The notes below the pieces were generated by a model. That model saw only the letters and a list, made by a program, of their open reading frames with translations, ran no database searches and was not told where the DNA came from. Shown in pieces: positions 59,196 to 64,000 of a stretch of 64,000 nucleotides of DNA (position 1 is its first letter; every line of letters starts with the position of its first letter). Both the position numbers and the translations under genes were made by a program. Source of the DNA: an uncultured Gammaproteobacteria bacterium (GTDB lineage Bacteria > Patescibacteriota > Microgenomatia > Levybacterales > UBA12049); contig CAZFYA010000001.1 of assembly GCA_964523705.1 (NCBI GenBank), positions 121,420 to 185,419 on the forward strand, read 5' to 3'.

Positions 59196-59366
59196 CTATA
59201 TCTTTCTTACGCTGTTTGGTTTTTTAATATTTTTCTCTGTAATTTGAGTTACACAATGGTTTTGAATAAAAACCTCAATACTTCCCCAACCGTCAATTTT
59301 TTTTATCGATTCTGAAAGTTCTTTTAGAAGACCGTCTGAAATATTTTTAGTAGAGTATTTATTCAT
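59196..59366 (-). CDS. DUF2292/YezD-like small protein (56 aa)
   Basis: Below the ORF-track cutoff. Translation: MNKYSTKNISDGLLKELSESIKKIDGWGSIEVFIQNHCVTQITEKNIKKPNSVRKI. The core ...GWGSIEVFIQNHCVTQITEK... resembles the DUF2292 G-S-V-x-hhhxDGK-V-x-I motif. Confidence 0.55.
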   Translation of the reverse strand: MNKYSTKNISDGLLKELSESIKKIDGWGSIEVFIQNHCVTQITEKNIKKPNSVRKI

Positions 59367-59370
59367 TTTT

Positions 59371-59404
59371 AGAGGCAGGTTTTAGAGGCAGGTTTTAGAG
59401 GCAG
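59371..59404. repeat. 2.6 tandem copies of a 13-bp unit (agaggcaggtttt) in the 5' leader of the DUF2292-like gene
   Basis: Read directly from the sequence. Confidence 0.8.
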
Positions 59405-59422
59405 CTGTTTCTTACACCGCTA

Positions 59423-59451
59423 TATATAGTACAAACAAAATACTTTGTCAA
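59423..59451 (-). promoter_or_regulatory. promoter for the DUF2292-like gene (-35 TTGACA overlapping the upstream gene's stop codon, 17 bp, -10 TATATA)
   Basis: Minus-strand read: ttgaca aagtattttgtttgtac tatata. Confidence 0.45.
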
Positions 59452-59816
59452 TACTGGTTAAAAAAATTAAGACTATCTAATAAGTTTATAATCCAGTTTT
59501 TAAAATTTTCCACTATTAAATTTATCCCTTGTTTTTCTTTTTTAACATCTTCCTCTTCTTTTTTTGGGGTTATTGTTGCAGAAGGGGTAACTTCTTTATT
59601 CGAGTTAACTTCAACCTTATGCACTCCCGGTTCTGTAGTTTCTAAAATCTCCTTTTCTCCATTTGCTTCTACTTCAATTTTTGTATATACATCTCCCCCT
59701 GAAACATTTGTTTCAACTATTGCTTCTGCTTTTGCATCTCCTGTTTGAATAGTTTGAGCAAAAGCAGGATTAGCTAAAAAAAGAAAAGCAAAAAGGACTA
59801 AAAATTTTTTTATCAT
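59448..59816 (-). CDS. small secreted protein (TGDA motif; related to repeats of the neighbouring proteins)
   Basis: 122 aa; signal peptide (ANPAFA/QT); QTGDAKAEAIVETNVSGGDV. Confidence 0.5.
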   Translation of the reverse strand: MIKKFLVLFAFLFLANPAFAQTIQTGDAKAEAIVETNVSGGDVYTKIEVEANGEKEILETTEPGVHKVEVNSNKEVTPSATITPKKEEEDVKKEKQGINLIVENFKNWIINLLDSLNFFNQY

Positions 59817-60391
59817 TATTTATTAATAGGTATTGCAGTTACTATTAATCGTTTTTCATCAAAAAAACCTGTACAAGTATAAAGAGTTAATGTTTCGGTC
59901 TTTGTTGGCTGAATTACTTCTTTTTGATTAGGGAAAACCTCTGTTATTTTATTTACTCTATATTGATACCATTTATCTTTTGTTAAAACATAAATTAAAT
60001 CTTTTTCTTTTACATCTTTTAAATTATGAAAAAATCCTTCTTTTGCATGAGCAAAAATAACAATGTTTCCATTCTCCCCTGGATATCCACTACCAAGTCC
60101 ATAGGACGCAGTTTTTTCGGAAAGTTCCCAATAACCATTTACTATTTTTGATTCAGTAATTGGTAAATCAATATCTACTTTTGGAATAATAATTCTAATT
60201 GGGGTATTTTCACTTTTTTTATTTGAATAAAGGCTTGAATCAACTTGAATTGGGCTTTTGCTTTCTTTTTCAGGGGAAAATTTTGGATAACCTGTTAGAA
60301 GTGTAAAAGCAAGAACAATGAAAATAAGGGCAATAACTTTATTAAGAATATTTTTTCTTTCTTTGGAGATTTTTTTCTTTTTGCGGGGCAT
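59816..60391 (-). CDS. sortase family transpeptidase (sortase 2)
   Basis: N-terminal TM anchor; catalytic His (NIVIFAHAKEG), Cys (LTLYTCTG) and Arg (KRLIVTA). Confidence 0.8.
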   Translation of the reverse strand: MPRKKKKISKERKNILNKVIALIFIVLAFTLLTGYPKFSPEKESKSPIQVDSSLYSNKKSENTPIRIIIPKVDIDLPITESKIVNGYWELSEKTASYGLGSGYPGENGNIVIFAHAKEGFFHNLKDVKEKDLIYVLTKDKWYQYRVNKITEVFPNQKEVIQPTKTETLTLYTCTGFFDEKRLIVTAIPINK

Positions 60392-60402
60392 GATTTATTA
60401 TT

Positions 60403-61275
60403 TTAAGCGCTTTTTTTATAAAACGCTAATCCAAACATACTTAAAACAAATGAACCAAATATTTGAGCAAGTTTTACTAATTCATTTTCACCACTGGTTG
60501 TTGAAAGACCTAAAACTGCTTTAGTTGGACCAGTTGATGCACCTAAAACTTGCCCTCCTCCAATACCTGATGCTTGTGTACATTCCGGGCAACTTGATCC
60601 TCCATCACTTCTACCATCTGATAACCCATCTCCATGACCAGCCGGTGGAACAATGGGAGTTGGAGTTAAAGTAACAGTTGGACAAGCTTGTTCATTGCAA
60701 GTTTGTGGTTCAGTCGGACAACTTAATCCTCCATTCTCTGCAGGAACATCAACTATTACTGGCTGAGTGCCACCGCCACAAGCTACAGAACAATCACCAT
60801 AGTGATATACGCAGTCTATTGGAGTCGGTGGAGTATCTTTGCAATCTGTTGGACAACTCCATTCACCACAATCTCTTACATCGCATCCATCAGTTTCAAA
60901 ATCGCAGCTATATTCTTTTTTACAATAATCCCATTTTGTAACAAAACATTTATCATCCTTTGGGTCTGGTCCTTTTAAGCAGGATTCGCAACTCCAGGTA
61001 GTAGTTTCGCAGCATTCCCCATTGCAAGGTGTTGTCGTTGTAGTAGTTGATGTGCTTCTCTCACATTTTCCATTTTCTGAAGATGGATTATATGGAACGC
61101 AAGTTAGACCTGGACAACATGGCTTATCACTTTCATTTACAGTACATTCTGCGTTTTCGTGTTTACAATCGTCGTCAGCCGTAGCAGTATTGTGAAAATT
61201 AAATAAATCGCTTCCGCCAATTAGAAGAACTGTCAATAATAGTGTGGATAAAAATAATGTAATTTTTGTCTTCAT
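60403..61275 (-). CDS. Cys-rich secreted protein with thrombospondin-type-1-like repeat and C-terminal GDGLSDGxSDG-VLGxxT-TM-basic module
   Basis: 290 aa; signal peptide; about 36 Cys residues; ...WSCPTDC...CSVACGGGTQPVIVDVPAENGGLSCPTEPQTCNEQAC; C-terminus ...PAGHGDGLSDGRSDGGS...QVLGASTGPTKAVLGLST...TM...YKKSA. Confidence 0.6.
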   Translation of the reverse strand: MKTKITLFLSTLLLTVLLIGGSDLFNFHNTATADDDCKHENAECTVNESDKPCCPGLTCVPYNPSSENGKCERSTSTTTTTTPCNGECCETTTWSCESCLKGPDPKDDKCFVTKWDYCKKEYSCDFETDGCDVRDCGEWSCPTDCKDTPPTPIDCVYHYGDCSVACGGGTQPVIVDVPAENGGLSCPTEPQTCNEQACPTVTLTPTPIVPPAGHGDGLSDGRSDGGSSCPECTQASGIGGGQVLGASTGPTKAVLGLSTTSGENELVKLAQIFGSFVLSMFGLAFYKKSA

Positions 61276-61283
61276 TATACTTA

Positions 61284-61312
61284 AACAAAAAAACTGCCTT
61301 TTCGGGCAGTTT
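61284..61312 (-). terminator. leader hairpin (aaacugcc-cgaaaa-ggcaguuu) plus U7, about 9 nt upstream of the AUG at 61275
   Basis: Minus-strand read: aaactgcccgaaaaggcagtttttttgtttaagtaATG. Confidence 0.45.
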
Positions 61313-61329
61313 CTAGTTTTGTGTCGAGG

Positions 61330-61358
61330 ATTGTATCCTATAAATATTTAGTTGTCAA
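61330..61358 (-). promoter_or_regulatory. promoter (-35 TTGACA overlapping the clp-like TGA stop, 17 bp, -10 TACAAT)
   Basis: Minus-strand read: ttgaca actaaatatttatagga tacaat. Confidence 0.5.
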
Positions 61359-63736
61359 GCCCCAATAATTAATTGATTATTTTGATCTATAGAAACATTT
61401 ATCTTATCTCCTCGCTTTAATTGATCCTCAATAATCTTTTTGGCGATCTTGTCTTCAATATTATCCTGTATAAATCTTCTTAAGGGCCTTGCTCCAAAAT
61501 CTTTATCAAATCCTTCTTTAGCAATTTTTTCAATAATTTCTTGTCCAAAGTTTATTGAAATCCCTTGTTCATCAAGTTTTTTATATACATCGTTTAACAT
61601 TAGTTTTACAATTTCTATCACTTCTTTTTCTCCTAAAGGTTTAAAAACAATTACCTCATCAAACCTATTTAAAAGCTCTGGTTTTAAAATTCCTTTTGTT
61701 TGTAAAAATTCATATAGGGTTTCTTGAAACTTTTTATCAACTACTTCACCTTTATTTATTTTCTCTCTAATAAATTCCGATGCCGCATTTGAAGTGGCAA
61801 TGATAATTGCGTTTGAGAATGAAACTGTTTTTCCTTTATTATCAGTTAATCTTCCATCATCTAAGACTTGTAAAAATAAATCCATTATTCTTGGATTTGC
61901 TTTTTCAAACTCATCTAATAAAACTAAAGAAAAAGGATTGTCATATATTTTTTCGGTTAATTCTCCTTTTTCATCTCCCTCTCCCGGAGTTGAACCAAGT
62001 AGTCTTTTAACGCCCTGACTATCTTGATACTCACTCATATCAAGCCTAATCATCCTGTCTTCACTTTTAAAATAACAAAACGCTAAAGCTTTTGCAGTTT
62101 CTGTTTTACCTACTCCTGTTGGTCCTAAGAAAAGAAAGGAAATCGGTTTCTCTTTATTTGCCAAGCCACTTCTTATTCTTCTAATGCTTTCTGCTATTGC
62201 TGAAACTGCTTCATCTTGATCAATTACTCTTTTATGAATTTCTTTTTCCATGTTTAAAAGTAGTTCTTTCTCCGCCTTTTTTGGCTGCCCTACAGCAATT
62301 GCAGTTTTTCTCTCTACCTGATTAATAACGTCTTCTTCCTCAAGAATTTTCTTTCCAGACATCACAACGGCCCCTATAGAATCTTCTAAAAGATTAACTG
62401 CAGAGCCTGGTAGAACCTTACCTTTAGAATATTTATCAGCATAAGTTAAAGCGGCTAGTATTGCTCTATAACTTAAAGAAATATTATTGTATTTTTCTAT
62501 TTCTGCTGCTTTTTCAAAAAGCATTTCTAGGGCTAAGGCAGGAAGCGGAGTTTCAAGTTTTACTGTTTCAAAAGATTTTAGAAGCACTGCTTTTGGTTCA
62601 ACAAATTTCTTATACGCTCCATTGGTAACTGTTGCAACAATTCGAATTACTCCTTTTTCAATATATGGAATTAAAGCTCCTGATAAATCAAGCTTAAAAC
62701 TGGAGCTACCTAAAACATTTTCAAAATTTGGAATATATAAGATTACATCCTTTGCATGAGCAATTTCTGTTACTATCGCGTTTAATCTTTTTTCAAGTTC
62801 TCCTTGATCGTTTGCTCCTGCTAAAAGTGAATCAACTAATAATTGTAAAAATCTTTGGTGATATAAATTACCACTTAGATTTCCTGAATAACTTTCAAAC
62901 GCTAAGGAATCAATCAGTGTTTTTTTACCACTTCCCGGATCACCAACTAAAATTATACTTTGATTTCTAACTAAACCCTCTATTGTTTGCTTAAGCTCAT
63001 TTTCTCTTCCTAAAAGCATTGGTTCTTTTAAAACCACTTCAGATGTTATATCTATGGTGTATTTTTTAGTTTCTAAAGTCCAACCTGAAACCCAATCCTC
63101 TGCAAGTCCTTTTCCAAAGAATTTAACTCTTATCGGGTCTATCTTTTCAAATTGAGGATAGTGAACATGAGACCAGTAAACAATATGCAAAAACTCTTCT
63201 TTTTTAATCTTTTTATTAAATAAAAACTTTGTCTTATCTTCAGTTAATAAAAGATAGGCGGCAAAAATATCAGATGTTGTTATATAATTTACCTTTATTT
63301 CCCTTGCAATATCATAGGCTTTTTTTAAAACATCCTCTTTTGGTATTTCAATTATTTTTATTTCATTAGCTTTAGCATCTATTTTCCCTAAAATGAACTT
63401 AACTGATTTTGTATTTAATGTCTTTTTTAAAACATTAGCTATTTTTTTATTTGCCCAAATACCAAGACACCTAATTGTTAAGGATTCTAAAATATCTTTT
63501 GTTTTTTTTGCCTGATTTTCTAAAACCGTAATTCTTGGCAGTGTTCTTCCTATCTTAAAGGTAATAAATATTTCAAGAATTAAATAAAGACAAAGTAAAA
63601 ATAAGGGAAGATTTGAAAAGACATTATGGATATATGAGTCATAACTCATAAAAAGAACTATTAATAAAAACAGAATCCTAACAATTCTTAATGGTATTGA
63701 GTTATAAAAATGAAATATTTTTGAATAATGATACAT
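61355..63736 (-). CDS. ClpC/ClpB-like double-AAA+ ATPase with N-terminal TM helices and a degenerate first ATPase domain
   Basis: 793 aa; two N-terminal hydrophobic helices; D1 Walker A is GDPGSGKKT (non-canonical) with no Walker B DE; D2 is intact (FLGPTGVGKTETAKALA, LVLLDEFEKA, ATSN, GARPLRR). Confidence 0.75.
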   Translation of the reverse strand: MYHYSKIFHFYNSIPLRIVRILFLLIVLFMSYDSYIHNVFSNLPLFLLCLYLILEIFITFKIGRTLPRITVLENQAKKTKDILESLTIRCLGIWANKKIANVLKKTLNTKSVKFILGKIDAKANEIKIIEIPKEDVLKKAYDIAREIKVNYITTSDIFAAYLLLTEDKTKFLFNKKIKKEEFLHIVYWSHVHYPQFEKIDPIRVKFFGKGLAEDWVSGWTLETKKYTIDITSEVVLKEPMLLGRENELKQTIEGLVRNQSIILVGDPGSGKKTLIDSLAFESYSGNLSGNLYHQRFLQLLVDSLLAGANDQGELEKRLNAIVTEIAHAKDVILYIPNFENVLGSSSFKLDLSGALIPYIEKGVIRIVATVTNGAYKKFVEPKAVLLKSFETVKLETPLPALALEMLFEKAAEIEKYNNISLSYRAILAALTYADKYSKGKVLPGSAVNLLEDSIGAVVMSGKKILEEEDVINQVERKTAIAVGQPKKAEKELLLNMEKEIHKRVIDQDEAVSAIAESIRRIRSGLANKEKPISFLFLGPTGVGKTETAKALAFCYFKSEDRMIRLDMSEYQDSQGVKRLLGSTPGEGDEKGELTEKIYDNPFSLVLLDEFEKANPRIMDLFLQVLDDGRLTDNKGKTVSFSNAIIIATSNAASEFIREKINKGEVVDKKFQETLYEFLQTKGILKPELLNRFDEVIVFKPLGEKEVIEIVKLMLNDVYKKLDEQGISINFGQEIIEKIAKEGFDKDFGARPLRRFIQDNIEDKIAKKIIEDQLKRGDKINVSIDQNNQLIIGA

Positions 63737-63737
63737 A

Positions 63738-63995
63738 TTAAATATATAAAACCCAAATAGTTAAAATTGGCCAGATAACAAAACCTAAAATTACCATAAA
63801 TTCAATTACTAAAAGCAAGAAAAACAATAAAAGATCAGCTAGGATTACAAATGTTTTAACAAACATTCCCATACCAATTGAAAAACCAACCAATCCTTCT
63901 CTATATTCGCTTTTCCAGGGTTTAAAGTATGTCTTTACAACAAGGGGTAGTGAAAAGGCATTTAAAAACGCATCATTTAAAGAGGAAAAAAACAA
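63738..63995 (-). CDS. small polytopic membrane protein
   Basis: 85-aa ORF with 2-3 TM helices, immediately upstream of the Clp-like gene. Confidence 0.35.
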   Translation of the reverse strand: MFFSSLNDAFLNAFSLPLVVKTYFKPWKSEYREGLVGFSIGMGMFVKTFVILADLLLFFLLLVIEFMVILGFVIWPILTIWVLYI

Positions 63996-64000
63996 AATCA

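Noticed and set aside
59371-59404. CRISPR-like appearance of the repeated unit containing gttttagag
   Set aside because: There are only 2.6 directly abutting copies of a 13-bp unit with no spacers and no cas genes. The Cas4-like gene at 28077 is 30 kb away and unlinked. It is a leader tandem repeat, not a CRISPR array.
1-64000. Alternative genetic code (UGA recoding, code 25) given the CPR-like features
   Set aside because: Long conserved genes terminate at TGA. The Clp-like protein, for example, ends ...IIGA* with a TGA stop. No conserved gene required read-through of an in-frame TGA, so the standard code 11 fits.
1-64000. tRNA, rRNA, tmRNA or RNase P genes in intergenic regions
   Set aside because: Every intergenic spacer was inspected. 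None contains a ~75-nt GC-enriched cloverleaf-like segment or other recognisable RNA-gene signature. The only GC-rich islands are short hairpins, called as terminators.

Overview
This is a 64-kb, AT-rich bacterial chromosome segment that is almost entirely coding, with most genes on the minus strand. The gene content suggests a Candidate Phyla Radiation / Patescibacteria-type organism with the standard genetic code, but that placement is inference. Supporting features: L30 is absent between S5 and L15; several ribosomal proteins carry low-complexity tails; IF-2 is minimal (493 aa); AlaRS lacks the C-Ala domain; the Lon homologue lacks a protease domain; two sortases are present; and several mRNAs appear leaderless. 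Long ORFs end in TGA and no in-frame TGA was needed, so code 25 is not indicated.

Minus-strand content, in transcription order:
- rpoB-rpoC-rpsL-rpsG-fusA, then three inserted genes (a hypothetical, maf, an MFS transporter), then tuf with its own near-consensus promoter.
- The full S10 and spc operons, rpsJ through secY, followed by an adk fusion, map, infA, rpmJ and a partial rpsM. rpmJ and rpsM are not in the ORF track.
- Further right: RodZ-like and ftsK, RNase J, a Lon AAA+-only protein, pnp, rpsO, a DHH-family NrnA-like protein lacking the DHH triad, infB and nusA.

Plus-strand content: alaS, co-oriented with a large membrane protein and a sortase, followed by a thymidine/AMP-phosphorylase-family gene and mltG.

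Two accessory regions stand out:
- 27.0-31.9 kb, a defence island wedged between the rpoB promoter and alaS. It holds an unknown 350-aa protein convergent with a Cas4-like Fe-S PD-(D/E)xK nuclease, a membrane-anchored Mrr-like endonuclease, and a type II R-M pair (gamma N6A-MTase + REase). The R-M pair is bracketed by ~68-bp imperfect direct repeats that duplicate the 3' end of a small membrane-protein gene, a mobile-R-M-like insertion scar.
- 52.8-61.3 kb, a cell-surface island. It holds five signal-peptide proteins, a membrane sortase and a DUF2292-like small ORF. Three of the proteins share a previously unnamed C-terminal module: a GDGLSDGxSDG stretch, tandem VLGxxT motifs, a TM helix and a basic tail. 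This is a candidate non-LPXTG sorting signal. Two proteins carry ANTGxN...TGxA repeats, and one carries a thrombospondin-type-1-like Cys repeat.

A recurring regulatory pattern appears before infA, rplC, nusA and a surface-protein gene: a sigma70-like promoter, a short leader with a stable hairpin plus U-tract, then the start codon.

No tRNA, rRNA or CRISPR was found.
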